From: Nitrospirota bacterium
GTDB lineage: Bacteria; Nitrospirota; UBA9217
Length of the DNA stretch: 64,000 nucleotides
Reading direction: 5' to 3'
Assembly (NCBI GenBank): GCA_963741205.1
Contig: CAVUHW010000026.1
Coordinates: 160,001 to 224,000 of the forward strand
Positions 34,962-47,413 of this stretch are shown piece after piece (position 1 is the stretch's first letter; every line of letters starts with the position of its first letter). The notes under the pieces were generated by a model. That model did no database searches, had not been told where the DNA came from, and worked only from the letters and a program-made list of their open reading frames with translations. The translations under genes were made by a program, and so were the position numbers.

Positions 34962-35115
34962 CAGAGCCAACGTACTCGAAGTCGGGAACTAGATTCTTCG
35001 AACCGTCGCAAGAATCGCAATTTGGTCTTGGTTTTAAACCCGAAGAATTTTAGCCGTCCTTCGCGACCTTGCGCATTCGCAGTACTATTTTCTTCTGCTT
35101 AATGGGTCAACAATT

Positions 35116-38100
35116 ATGGCGGCAAAAGATATCGGCGGAACAGAGTGCTTCCGAAGCAGGCCTTCCCCATCGTCGGCATCGGCGCATCGGCCGGCGGCCT
35201 TGACGCCCTCCAGCGGTTTCTCGCCGTCCTCCCGCAGGAATTCGGTTTCGCCCTGGTCTTCATCCAGCACCTTTCCTCGAAACACAAGAGCCTCCTTCCC
35301 GAGCTCCTGGCCGCCAGGCGTCCCTCTCTCGTGATCCAGGAGATATCCGACGGCCTCAAGGTCGCAGCCGGGCAGACTTTACCTCTCCCCTCCGGGCAGG
35401 GAGGTCCGCCTGCGAAACGGCCTCTTCCAGACAACCGTCCACCCCGAGGGGCTCATCCATCTTCCCATCGACGAATTTCTTGCCTCCCTCGCGGAGGACG
35501 CGGCTGAGCGGTCCATCGCCGTGATCTTCTCCGGCGCGGGGACCGACGGGGCCCGCGGCTGCCAGGCCGTCCGGTCCGCGGGCGGGACCGTGTTCGTTCA
35601 GGACCCCGAGACCGCGGAATTCGGCAGCATGCCGCTCGCGGCAATCGCAACCGGCCAGGCTGACGCGGTCCTTTCTCCCGGAGGACATTGCCGCGGAGCT
35701 CCTGAAGGTCCAGGGGATCGGAGCAGCCGCCGTCGAGCCGCGAGTACCCCATCACGCCCGAAGAGTTCGACGCGCTTTTTCCGGCTCCTCCAGGAGAAGA
35801 CCGGCTCGCGCTTCAACCATTACAAAAAAAGCGTGGTCAGCCGGAGGATCAGAAGGCGCATGTACCTCCACGGGCTCTCCGCGGTCAAGGACTACCTGGA
35901 CCTCATCTCGACCAGTGATGCCGAGGCCGCGCTTCTCGCCTCCGACCTCATGATCGGCGTCACCTCCTTCTTCCGCGACCGGGTGGCATGGAAGGCCCTG
36001 AACCTGGAGGCGGTCCGGAAGATCGTCGCCGAGAACACCGACCTTCCGGTCCGCGTCTGGACCCCCGCGAGCGCGACGGGCGAAGAGGCGTACTCCATCG
36101 CCATGATGCTTCTGCGTGAACTCGACGCTCGCCGGGAAAAAACGGGACGTCCAGGTCTTCGCCACGGACGTGAACGACCGGGCGCTGGAGCGGGCGCGCG
36201 AGGGCAAGTATCCCGCGAGCATCATCGGCGGACGTGCCGCAGGAGTACATCCAGAAATATTTCACGTCAGCCGAGGACGGCAACTGTCTCGTCATCAACA
36301 AGGACGTCCGGGAGAGCGTGGTCTTCGCCAGGCAGGACCTTTTGACCGACCCTCCCTTCTCCAAGCTCGACCTCATCATCTGCCGCAACTTCATGATCTA
36401 CCTGGAGCCCGAGGCCCAGGAAAAATGCATCACGCTCTTTCATTACGCGCTCAAAGAACGGCGGCTACCTCTTCCTCGGGAACGCGGAGACCGTGGGCAG
36501 GAACAGCAGGCTCTTTCAATCGATCGGCCGCAAGCAGTGCCGCGTCTACCGGAAGCTGGAGACAAAACCCGCTTCGAGACTGCCCATCTCGGTCCCCTAT
36601 GCAGCGGAACGTCAGGCGCCGCCGGCCAGACAAGCGCAAGTGACGGAGCAGGGCCGGTCTGTCATGGAAATCATCCAGGAAAAACTGCTTGAAGAATACG
36701 GGCCCGCTTCCGTGGCCATAGACCAGAATTACGAGATCGTCTACCACAACGGCCCCACGAACCGCTATCTCCGCCAGCCCCGGGGCGTGCCGACGCAGAA
36801 CCTCCTGGAGCTCTTGCCCGAAAGCCTCCGGAGCAGGATACGCGGGGCGCTCTACCGGTCCGGCCGCGAAGAAAGGCCGGTGGTCATCAGAACGAGCGTG
36901 GCCGGAGACGACAATCGGAAAAGACAGGTCTCGCTCCGGATCACGAAGGCCGCGGAAAACCTCTACATCGTCGTTTTTCAGGAAAAGGGCGCCCCCTCAA
37001 AGGAGGAGGCCGCCGAAGCGGTCGATGCAGCCGTCATCGAGGAGACCGCGATCCACCAGCTCGAAAGCGAGCTTTCAGCGACACGCGCCCACCTCCAGAG
37101 CTACATCGAACAGTTAAAGAGCCTGAACGAAGAGCTCCAGTCCTCGAACGAGGAATTGCAGGCCGCGAACGAGGAGCTCGAGACCTCCCGCGAAGAGCTC
37201 CAGTCGTTGAACGAAGAGCTGATCACCGTGAACTCGCAGCTCCAGGGCAAGATCGAGGAGCAGGACGCGACGAACAACGACCTGAACAACTTCCAGGCGA
37301 GCACGAACATCCCCACGATCTTCCTGGACACGCACTTCCGCGTGAAGCGCTTCACGCCCGCGATGCTCAGGCTCATCAAGCTCCTTCCCTCGGACGTGGG
37401 CCGGCCGATCATGGACATGTCGCAGGAGAACCTCGGCCCCGACCTCATCTCCGACGCCCAGGCGGTCCTGGAACAGCTCGTGCCCGCTGCGGCAGGAGCT
37501 CGAGCATCAACAGCGCCTGGTACGTCCGCACGACCTTCCCTACCGCACCGCGGACAACCGCATCGAGGGTGTCGTCATCACCTATAACGACGTCACGGAG
37601 CTGAAACGCGCGGAGGAGCGCACACGGCACCTCGCCTCGTTCCCGCAGCTCAATCCGAATCCGATCATCGAGGTGGATGTCTCCGGCGAGGTCATCTTCG
37701 CCAATCCGGGAACGGAAACGTATGCTGGAAAGCCTGGGCATGGACAAGGGAGAAGCGCAGGCCTTCCTCCCGCATGACCTGGATGTCATCTTAAAAAACC
37801 TGGATACGAGCAGTGATGCCTCCGTCTCCCGTGAGGTCACGATAAAGAACAGGGTTTTCAGCGAGACGGTGCAGCTTATTCCCCAATTCAAGGTCGCGCG
37901 CATATATGCCTATGAAATCACGGAGCGCAAGCGGGCGGAGGAGGCGCTGCGGGAGAGCGAGCGGAAATATTCTCTTCTCTTCAGCAAGGCCGCCATCGTC
38001 GCTTCGCTGACAAAACTGCCCGAGCAGGTCTTTGTCGATGTCAATGAGGCTTTTGAAAAACTGTTCGGCTACACCCGGGAAGAAGCGATCGGCAAGACCT

Positions 38101-41100
38101 CGCTGGAACTCGGCATCGCAAAACCTGAGGAGCGCACGGCCACCTACACCGAGCTCGAGCGTCGAGGTTCGCATCGCGATGCCGAAAAGCACGTGTTCAC
38201 CAAATCCGGCGAGGAGCGTATTCTCGTAATCAACGTCATCGCGCTGGAGCTGGGCGGACAGAGCTATGCGCTCACGACGATGCAGGACATCACCGAGCGC
38301 AAGCGGGCAGAGGAGGCGCTGCGACGGAGCGAGAAACAATATCGCGAATTATTCGAGAATATGATCGAAGGTTATGCTTACTGCAAGATGGTTTTCGAAA
38401 ATGGAAAGCCGCAGGACTTCATCTACCTCTCAGTCAATCACGCATTCGAGACGCTGACGGGATTGACAAATGTCGTTGGAAAGAGCGTCACAGAAGTCAT
38501 TCCGGGCATCCGTGAAGCCGATCGGGAACTTTTGGAGATTTATGGAAGAGTGGCCCTGACCGGCAAACCCGAGCGATTCGAGATGTTCGTCGAGGCGCTG
38601 AAGATGTGGTTCTCAATCTCCGTGTACAGTCCGGAGAAAGAATTCTTCGTGGCCGTTTTCGATGTCATCACCGAACGCAAGAAGGCGGAAGAGGCACAGG
38701 GACGTCTGGCGGCCATCGTGGAGAGCGCGGAAGATGCGATCATCGGCAAGGACCTGAACGGTATTATTCAGACGTGGAATGTAGGAGCGGAGAATATCTT
38801 CGGATATAAGGCAGAGGAAGTAATCGGCAAGACGATTTCACTCCTCGTGCCGCCAGGACATACTGACGAGGTCCCCGAAATTCTCGCACGGATCAAACAG
38901 GGAGAGCATATCGAGAATTTCGAGACCGTGCGCATGCGGAAAGACGGTACGGTCATTCCCGTGTCCCTGATGTTCTCAGCAATCAAAGACGCGAGCGGAA
39001 AGGTGATAGGCGCGTCCAAGATCGCGCACGACATCACCGAGCGCAAGCAGGCCGAGGAGGCGCTGCGGCTGTCCGAGGAAAAGTTCTCCCTGGCCTTTGC
39101 CAACAATCCGGCCGCCATTGCAATGACCCGTCTCGAAGACGGCCTGTTCCTGGACGTGAATGATACCTGGCTGGCGATGAACGGGTACAGCCGGGATGAG
39201 GTGATCGGCCTTTCCGCCAGACGACTGCCTATTTGGCCGACCGTCGAGGCCGGGGCTCGTTTTGTTCAGGCGTTGCGGGAAAAAGGCTCTTTGCGTGGGT
39301 GGGAGCAGGAATTCCGCCGGAAGTCAGGCGAGGTCTTCGTGGCGCAGCTGTCCGCGCAGGTTCTGACCGTTCGAGGCGACAAAGTGGTTCTTTCCACATT
39401 AGTGGACATCACCGAGCGCAAGCGGGCCGAGGAGGCGCTGCTCAGGTTGAACAAGGCGCTGAAGGCGCTGAGTGACAGCAGTCAGGCCATCATCAGGGCC
39501 ACAGACGAGCCGGAATACCTGAACGACGTTTGCAGGATTATCGTAGAAGACTGCGGCTACAGCATGGCCTGGATAGGCTTTGCGGAAAATGACGAGAAGA
39601 AATCGGTCCGGCCCGCAGCGTATGCGGGATTCGAGGATGGATATCTTGAAACGTTGAAACTTACCTGGGCCGACACGGAACGGGGCCGCGGTCCCACGGG
39701 CACCGCCATCCGCACCGGCGAAGTCGTCGTCTGCCGGAATATGCTGACGGATCCGGCCTTCGCGCCGTGGCGCGAGCAGGCCATAAAGCGCGGCTACGCA
39801 TCGTCCATTGTCTTCCCGATCATGACCGCGGGCAAGACGTTCGGAGCAATCACCATTTACTCCAGGGAAGCCGACCCCTTCTCCGAAGGCGAGATAAAAT
39901 TATTGACCGAACTGGCCGACAACCTGGCGCATGGGATCGAAGTCCTGCGGCTAAGAGCTGCGCAGAAAAAGGCCGAGGAGGCGCTCCGAGAGAGCGAGGA
40001 ACAATTTCGCACGTCTGGCCGATTCCATCCCCAACCTTGCGTGGTGGGCAAACGGCGACGGCTACATCACATGGTACAACCGGCGCTGGTACGAGTACAC
40101 CGGTACGACACCGAAGCATATGGAAGGCTGGGGCTGGCAGAGCGTACATGACCCGAAGGTGCTGCCAAAAGTTCTGGAACGGTGGAAGGCGTCGATCGCC
40201 ACTGGCGAGCCGTTTGACATGGAATTCCCGCTGCGCGGGGCCGACGGAGTATTTCGCTCCTTCCTGACGCGCGTTCTGCCGTTGAAGGATTCGGCCGGTT
40301 CGGTCATCCGGTGGTTCGGCACCAATACCGACATCTCTGCGCTGAAGCGGGTCGAGGAGGCGCTGCGGGAGAGCGAGGCGCGCTTCCGGTTGGCGCTCAA
40401 GAATTCCCCGGTATCGGTCGCAATACAGGACAACAACCTTGTCTATCAGTGGGCGTACAATCAGCGGACCCGGCGCCCGGATGAGGTTGTCGGAAAAACC
40501 GACGCTGACTTGTTCGCGCCGGAAGATCTACCGCCGATCCTCGAAGCCAAACGCCGTGTGCTTGAGTCCGGGATCGAAGAGCACACGGGTATGTGGCTGA
40601 CCCGCAACGGCAGGCGGCTGTTCTTTGACCTTTACTATGAACCAATGAGGGACGCTTCCGGAAATATCACAGGGGTCGGCATTGCCACCGTCAACCTGAC
40701 CGATCAGAAGCTTGCCGAAGGGGCGCTGACGGCAAGCGAGGCCAAGTACCGATCCCTCTTCGAGAACATGATCGACGGCCTTGCCTATCACAGGATCGTC
40801 ACCGATGAAAGCGGAAAGCCCGTGGATTACGTTTTTCTTGAGGTAAACGAGGCCTTCGAGAAACAGACGGGCTTGAAGAGGGCCGACGTCATCGGCAAGA
40901 GCGCCCGTGAGGCCCTTCCCGGCATCGAGAACGACCCCGCAGACTGGATCGGGATCTATGGGAAGGTGGCGCTCACGGGACAGGAGGCCAGGTTCCATCA
41001 TTATGCGGTGCCGCTCCGCAGATGGTATTCCGTATCGGCCTACAGCCCGCTGAAGGGATACTTTGTTACGATCTTTGAAGACGTAACCGAGAGCAAAAAT

Positions 41101-42210
41101 GCAGAAGAGGCGCTGCGCGAGAGCGAGGCGCGGTTCCGCAGCCTATTCGAGACGATGACCGAAGGCTTCTCGCTCGACGAGATCATCTTGGATGAGGCGG
41201 GGAAACCCGTTGATCTGCGCTATTTGTCGGTGAATCCCGCGTTCGAGCGTCACACGGGATTGAAGGCCCAAGACATTGTCGGCCATACGGTCCGCGAATT
41301 GTTCCCCGATGCCGAACCCATTTGGTTCGAACGGTACGGAAAGGTTGCCTTGACCGGCGAGCCGGTACATTTTGAGGAACGCTTCGGGCCCCTCGATAAG
41401 TGGTTCGAAATCAGCGCCTACCGGACCGAGCCCGGCCGCTTCGCCGTGGTGTTTTTCGACATCACCGACCGCAAGAAGGCGGATGCGGAGCTCCTGAAAC
41501 TGAGCGAGAACATGGCGGCAAGGAACGTGGAGCTGGAATCCGCGAACCAGGAGATGGAGTCCTTCGTCTACTCCATCTCGCACGACCTCAGGGCGCCGAT
41601 CCGTACCGTGTCTGGGTTCGCGAAGATCATCGTTGAAGATTATCTTGACAAGCTCGATGCACAGGGCCGGGACTATCTGAACCGCATCCTCAAGGGGTCG
41701 GAGAAATCGACCCAGCTTATCGACAACCTCCTGCACCTTTCAAAAATCGTCCGGCAGGACATGGACCGCATTGAGGTCGATCTGAGCGGCAAGGCGTCGA
41801 AGATCATGGAGGAACTGCGCGAGATGCATTCCGGCAGGAACGTCGAGGTTGTCGTGCAGGATGGCCTCACCGCGTCCGCGGACCCAAGGCTCATCGAGCT
41901 TGCCCTGTCGAACCTGCTCGGCAACGCATGGAAGTTCACCTCCAAGACCGAACAGGCAAGGATTGAATTCGGAAGCCTTGAAAAAGACGGGGACACCGTT
42001 TACTACGTCAAAGACAACGGCGCGGGGTTCGACCCCGGGTATGCGGACAAGATGTTCTGGCCTTTCCACCGGCTCCATTCGGAGAATGAGTTCGAGGGCA
42101 CCGGCATCGGACTCGCCATCGTCGAACGCGTCGTCCGCCGCCACGGCGGGAGGATATGGGCAGAGGGAGAAGTCGGCAAAGGGGCGACGATTTACTTCAC
42201 GCTGGGGTGA
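35116..42210 (+). CDS. Giant CheB-CheR-multi-PAS-GAF-histidine kinase fusion (about 2300 aa once several frameshifts are joined)
   Basis: CheB GASAGG/QHL/GAGTDG; CheR GVTSFFRD, TGEEAYS, DLIICRN; coiled coil EELQSSNEEL; about 9 PAS domains; GAF RGRGPTG; H-box SHDLRAP; GTGIGL. Fragments join end-to-end on one strand. Confidence 0.85.
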
Positions 42211-42329
42211 TTTGATTGCGGATTTCACCCTGCACTCGCGCATAGCACTCGTAGGCGCTGGGCGCAGGCGGATTGCGGATTACGAATTTTCCCCTTTATT
42301 GATAAGCTAAAGCTCGCGGCTACAAACCT

Positions 42330-44006
42330 ATGATAAAAAAATTGTCAAAAACACATAAAAAAACAGTAAAAGCGAAAAAGCCCACCTCTCTCGGAAAGCG
42401 GGCCGAGGAGGCGCTCCGGGAAAGCGAAAAGCGGTATCGCTCGTTATTCGAGAACATGCTCAACGGTTTTGCCTATTGCAAAATGCTTTTCGAGGACAAC
42501 GCGCCGCGGGACTTCATCTATCTTGAAGTGAACGCCGCATTCGAAAAATTGACGGGATTGAAAAACGTTGTCGGGAAAAAGGTGAGTGAGGTAATTCCCG
42601 GCATAGGAAAGTCTCATCCCGAGCTTTTCGAGATTTATGGCAGGGTTGCGGTTACCGGCAGACCGGAGAGCTTCGAGATCTATGTTGAGCCCCTGGTAGC
42701 ATGGCTGTTCGTATCCGTCTACAGTCCGGAAAAAGGATATTTTGTCGCCGTGTTCGAAAACATCACCGAACGCAAGCGGGCCGAGAGCATTGCTCAAGCA
42801 AGGCTCAGGCTGTTATCAATGGCCGCTTCCCCCTCCTCGTCCCGGGATGAAACGCTTCAGATGATGCTCGACGAGATCGAAACACAGACGGGCAGTACGA
42901 TCGGTTTCTATCATTTTCTGGGTGTTGACCAGGAAACGCTCTCTCTTCAAGCCTGGTCCACGAATACGCTGCGGAACATGTGCACCGCGGAGGGCAAAGG
43001 GAGCCATTACAATGTTTCCCGGGCGGGCGTCTGGGTGGATTGCGTGCGCGAGCGGCGTCCGGTCATCCACAACGACTATGGCGCGCTGGCCAACCGCAAG
43101 GGCTTGCCGCCGGGGCATGCTGCGGTCAAACGGGAAATGGTCGTGCCCATCCTGCGGAGCGGCCGGATTGTCGCGATCATCGGCGTCGGGAACAAGCCGA
43201 CCGACTATAATGCGATCGACCTAGAAATCACCCAGTCCCTGGGCCAACTTTCCTGGGAAATCTTCGAGCGCATAAGGGCAGTGGATGAGCTTCAAACGGC
43301 GCTTGCTGAGGTTGAGCGCCGGACCCAGGAGCTCGCTGCGACCAACAAGGAACTGGAAGCCTTCACCTACTCCGTGTCGCACGATTTGCGCGCCCCCCTG
43401 CGGGCCGTTTCGGGCTTTGCAAAGGCGGTCGTCGAGGATTACTCGGACAAGGTTGACGCGCAGTGCAGGGACTACCTCGTCCGCATCTACAACGGTTCGG
43501 AAAAGATGACCAGGCTCATCGATGACCTTCTGCGGCTTTCGAGGATTTCGCTCCAGGAGATAGCTCGCGGCCGGGTCGACCTTGACCTTGTCGTCTTGTC
43601 CATTCTCGCGGAACTGCGCAAGGCCGCTCCGGAAAGGGATGTCCAATTCGAGATCAGGGAAGGAGTCACCGCCCTCGCCGATCACGGCCTGATGAAAATC
43701 GCTCTTGATAATTTGATCGGGAACGCCTGGAAATTTACGTCTAAAACGGAGAAGGCCCGCATCGAATTCGGCAGCATGGAAGATGAGGGGAAAACCGTCT
43801 ACTATGTCAGGGACAACGGCGCGGGGTTCGACCCTACGTGTGCTGACAGGATGTTCCAGCCATTCCACCGGCTCCATTCAGAGAATGAGTTCGAGGGCAC
43901 GGGCATCGGCCTCGCCATTGTCGAGAGGGTCATCCGCAGGCACGGCGGAAGAATCTGGGCGGAGGGGGAAGTGGGAAAAGGCGCGACGTTTTACTTCACG
44001 GTGTAA
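42330..44006 (+). CDS. PAS-GAF sensor histidine kinase
   Basis: PAS, GAF (AGVWVDCVRERRPVIHNDY), SHDLRAP, NAWKFT, GTGIGL. Confidence 0.92.
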   Translation: MIKKLSKTHKKTVKAKKPTSLGKRAEEALRESEKRYRSLFENMLNGFAYCKMLFEDNAPRDFIYLEVNAAFEKLTGLKNVVGKKVSEVIPGIGKSHPELFEIYGRVAVTGRPESFEIYVEPLVAWLFVSVYSPEKGYFVAVFENITERKRAESIAQARLRLLSMAASPSSSRDETLQMMLDEIETQTGSTIGFYHFLGVDQETLSLQAWSTNTLRNMCTAEGKGSHYNVSRAGVWVDCVRERRPVIHNDYGALANRKGLPPGHAAVKREMVVPILRSGRIVAIIGVGNKPTDYNAIDLEITQSLGQLSWEIFERIRAVDELQTALAEVERRTQELAATNKELEAFTYSVSHDLRAPLRAVSGFAKAVVEDYSDKVDAQCRDYLVRIYNGSEKMTRLIDDLLRLSRISLQEIARGRVDLDLVVLSILAELRKAAPERDVQFEIREGVTALADHGLMKIALDNLIGNAWKFTSKTEKARIEFGSMEDEGKTVYYVRDNGAGFDPTCADRMFQPFHRLHSENEFEGTGIGLAIVERVIRRHGGRIWAEGEVGKGATFYFTV

Positions 44007-44079
44007 AAAACAGGATCAGATTCAGGGTTTATGGTTTTGTCGTTAATTACAAACTCGAAACCGTATTGAGAGGTTTACC

Positions 44080-44472
44080 ATGTCCTACACGGTTTTGGTC
44101 GTCGACGACGACCCGGATGATCTGGAAATCACGAGGAGGGCCCTCGCGAAGATCGGGTGCGGCGTAACGTGCATGTCGGCCTGTCGCGGAGAGGACGCCC
44201 TGGCGCTTCTCCGGGGCTGCGCGGAATTGCCGTCGCTGACACTCCTCGATCTCAAGATGCCCGGTATGAACGGCATCGATACGCTTCGCGAGATACGTTC
44301 CGACGACCGCTTGAAGCACATCCCCGTGATCATTGTTACGAATTCGACGCTCGAGTCAGACAGGAAGGCGGCCCTTGCCGCAGGCGCGAACGCCTTTCTT
44401 CACAAGGCCTTCAACCTGGACGAGTACGGGAGGGACATACAAGGACAACTGGAACGATGGGTGAAGGACTGA
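44080..44472 (+). CDS. Single-domain response regulator
   Basis: LVVDDD, LLDLKMP, T-S, and FLHK receiver motifs; GAGG RBS. Confidence 0.92.
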   Translation: MSYTVLVVDDDPDDLEITRRALAKIGCGVTCMSACRGEDALALLRGCAELPSLTLLDLKMPGMNGIDTLREIRSDDRLKHIPVIIVTNSTLESDRKAALAAGANAFLHKAFNLDEYGRDIQGQLERWVKD

Positions 44473-44552
44473 AGGATCAAGGTTCCACCTTCAGGAGTTG
44501 CTCATTCAGTCTTAAACCGTGAACCCTGAACCTCTACATCTCCCCTGCTTTT

Positions 44553-45095
44553 CTAGTTCTCCTTTTGTCCCTTCTTCAGCATCTTGCCGAGGTATTTATT
44601 GATCGGGTTTGCCCGGTCGAGAAAAGGCACCGCGGGCTTCTTTCTTTCTCCCAGTCCCCGCAGTTCCTTCCAGAGTTCCCTATTGCTGTTATCATACTTC
44701 AGCCCCTGGTGAAAAACATCGATGGCTTCCTTCTTCTTACCGCCCGCGACATAAGCCCGTCCGAGATTGAGATAGAATACCGGCAAGAGGAGTTCTTCGT
44801 CAACGTTCTTGCTCTTCTTGAGCAAAGTAATTGCCTTCTTGCAGGTTTCAACGCCGCTCCGGTATTTTTTGTCCACGATAGCCTGGACGCAGCCGAAATA
44901 GGAGAGGATGAAGGGATCGTCCGGAAAACAGATCGAGGCCTGCTGCAGCAAAACGAACGCATCCTTTTGTTTGCCGTTCCGGAGAGAGGCTTTAGCTGCC
45001 CGCAGATATTTTGCCGGTGTTATGGCCTCGTCGCCTTCCTGCGGCGCGGCACCTCCGGCGCTCCCCGTCTTCTTCACTTCGTCGTTTTTTTTCAT
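44553..45095 (-). CDS. Tetratricopeptide-repeat protein
   Basis: Helical repeats, FYLNLGRAY..G.KKEAI..F..GL; C-terminal R.P.VPFL.R.NPINKYLG. Confidence 0.8.
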   Translation of the reverse strand: MKKNDEVKKTGSAGGAAPQEGDEAITPAKYLRAAKASLRNGKQKDAFVLLQQASICFPDDPFILSYFGCVQAIVDKKYRSGVETCKKAITLLKKSKNVDEELLLPVFYLNLGRAYVAGGKKKEAIDVFHQGLKYDNSNRELWKELRGLGERKKPAVPFLDRANPINKYLGKMLKKGQKEN

Positions 45096-45183
45096 AGGAC
45101 TATTGTAACATAACATCGCGGCATGACAAGAAGATAATTGGGGAACCGGAGGAACAGACAAAATTTTTTTGACAAAGCAGATG

Positions 45184-45648
45184 TTATTTTGAATCAGACG
45201 CCACCTTGACCACGATCTTCATGACTCGCGACGGAGCGCGTGCGGCCAATTTGGGGGCATGGCCGTCATCCGGATAGAGCACCGCCATCTGCCCCGCCTG
45301 AAGGTGCACAGCAGTCCATTCCCCTGAAGAGGCGCCGAAACAGATGTCCCTGTCAGCGTCATAGGCCTCCGTGATCGTCATGCGTTCCGTCGGCGTCCAG
45401 CCGATGACTTCTTCGCCGGAAACGATGTACTGGACATCGATGTACTTTCGATGGCATTCGAACTTCGGGGCGCCTGCGTTCAAGGTTTCATACCGCTGCA
45501 CGAGGGCAAACACCCGGTCCCCGTCGATCTCCACCTTTCCGTCCGGGAGTTCGTGAATGCCGCGCAGACGCAAAAAATCAACGGCCTTCATCATGCCGTT
45601 CGTCATGGGGCATTGCGCGTTGATGTGCTTGAGGTCCGTAACGATCAT
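45184..45648 (-). CDS. YhcH/YjgK/YiaL family protein
   Basis: ECHRKYIDVQY..SGEE, YD...DI.F, P.DGHAP, KIVVKV. Confidence 0.92.
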   Translation of the reverse strand: MIVTDLKHINAQCPMTNGMMKAVDFLRLRGIHELPDGKVEIDGDRVFALVQRYETLNAGAPKFECHRKYIDVQYIVSGEEVIGWTPTERMTITEAYDADRDICFGASSGEWTAVHLQAGQMAVLYPDDGHAPKLAARAPSRVMKIVVKVASDSK

Positions 45649-45690
45649 GAATATAGACTCCTAACCCCGGATCAACCGGAAACAAAAGCG

Positions 45691-45826
45691 TCTCGCGCAA
45701 AGCCCGCAATGGTCCATAAAAAATGAATCGGCCACTTAGGGAATCACGCACAGGGAACCTTTAAGTCTAGGTTTAAAACCGAAATGTCCGGCCTTATCTT
45801 CTGCGAACTTTGCGTCTTTGCGAGAA
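45691..45826. repeat. CGCAAAG-type inverted-repeat element
   Basis: TCTCGCGCAAAG ... CTTTGCGTCTTTGCGAGA. Confidence 0.55.
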
Positions 45827-45844
45827 AATTTCTTTTAACTCATG

Positions 45845-46479
45845 CTATTGTATCCTCGGCGGCCCGCACCGGACTTCGGGCCCTTGTCCGGCAGGGCCTT
45901 CTTCGCCGCGCACCTTCCGCGCGGCAAGGACCTCCTCGCTGTTCAGCCTCCAGCCGAACGTCTTCGAACGCATGAGGTTGTCGTCCGAGTCCTGGCGATG
46001 GAGCAGACCCAGGCCGTGGCCTAGTTCATGGGCCGCCGTGCGCGCCGCGGGATGCCGCGCGGGATGTTCGGCAGGACCGAGGACGGGCGTGTCCCGCACC
46101 TGAATCTCATGATCGTTCCGGTAGAATCCGTTCGTTGCCGGAGAGATGGAAAGAACGGGAAGGAACCAGAGATCCATGCCGTTCTCATTGGGTTGATCAT
46201 CGCTCGTCGTATCGATCTCGAAGCAGATGCCGGCCTGCGTAAGCCATATCTCGTTGATCTCCTCGAATATTTCCCTGAAGTCGGAAGGTTTCCGTCCGCT
46301 CTTTCCCAGGTGAACCCGAAGAGGGATCCTGTATACCGGGGTGAGAGAGGGCATACGCCCGGTCTCACGCGCGGCCTTGGGGGGCCGCGTCCGGCGGACG
46401 GGTTCTTCGGACATCGCCGCAACAGGGAGGCTGAAAATAAACAGGAGGAGCACAGGAAAGAAACAATCTGCCTGAACAT
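45845..46479 (-). CDS. Secreted zinc metallopeptidase (metzincin/matrixin-like)
   Basis: HELGHGLGLLH motif with NLM Met-turn; hydrophobic N-terminus; start and end uncertain because of indels. Confidence 0.7.
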
Positions 46480-46521
46480 AGTACAAAATCACTCTCGAGC
46501 CTGCGATAAAAGCACTCGGGG

Positions 46522-47275
46522 TTATTTGCACACCGGGCACGGTCCGACGTTGTCCCTGTCCAAGACATCCAGGACGGCCCGGAGGAGCGAAGCGCTGTGT
46601 CCCAATTGGGTATAGGCCTCTTCTTTCGTCATCACCTGGTCTTTTCTCTGCCTGACTTTAAAGGCCAGGGTCCTGCTTATATTGGCGATCCTGGCTATCT
46701 CACCGGCGAGACTGTTTTCGAAATTCTGCCGACGGCAACTTGATTTCATACATGTGGTCCTTGATCTTCCGGATATTGCCGAGGACCTCGGCCTCGACTA
46801 CCCCGTCATTCGCGAGGTGCACCGGCTTGTCCGAGACCGTGTTGTGGAACGGCTGCGATAAATCGCCGATATAGTGCACGGCGAAGGCCATGAACTCCTC
46901 TTTATAGCCTTCTGCCTTTTGATACTCTTCGAGCGATGCGATGATGGCCCCGTATAAGTGGCCTTCTCCGTCGCCCGGCGTATTGTATTTCCCGGCCTGC
47001 TCCAGGACCATGGCCGCGGTCACTTCCCTGTTGTCGAGGTTGTCGAAGAAATGATTATTTTTCTCGATGTCTTTCACTGCCGCGTCTTTCATGGCCGCGC
47101 TTCGCAGCTTGGCCTTCGCTATGTCCGGCGCGGCCGCGTCGTAGCATTTTTTATATCCCGCAGCCTGGGCCACCGCAATATGGGTTTCATCGAACCAGGC
47201 CCAGGAAGTATTGCCGGAGGCTAAGAATGCCGCGAGACAGAGCAGCATCGGGAAAACGCGCCTTTTCATCTTCAT
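46522..47275 (-). CDS. Secreted S1/P1 nuclease / zinc phospholipase C-like protein (frameshift near 46730)
   Basis: Signal peptide then W-x4-H (WFDETH), PD, NHF, HYIGDLSQPFH, H...D zinc ligands. Confidence 0.78.
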
Positions 47276-47413
47276 CCGCCCCTTTGTCGCATTGAAGGAT
47301 TATAGCAATTTTTTTCTTTACCGTCGAATGGTTTCACTATATCATCAGTGGCATGCCGTTCTCAAGGGGAAAGGCAATATTTCCGGACGTGGATTAACCA
47401 AGGAGAGATTTTA

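Noticed and set aside
37915-42790. Recurrent roughly 40-bp repeats as a CRISPR array
   Set aside because: Spacing is hundreds of bp, the repeats are in-frame PAS linkers, and no cas genes are present.
47349-47366. sigma54 promoter for the cytochrome (TGGCATG)
   Set aside because: No GC at the -12 position.
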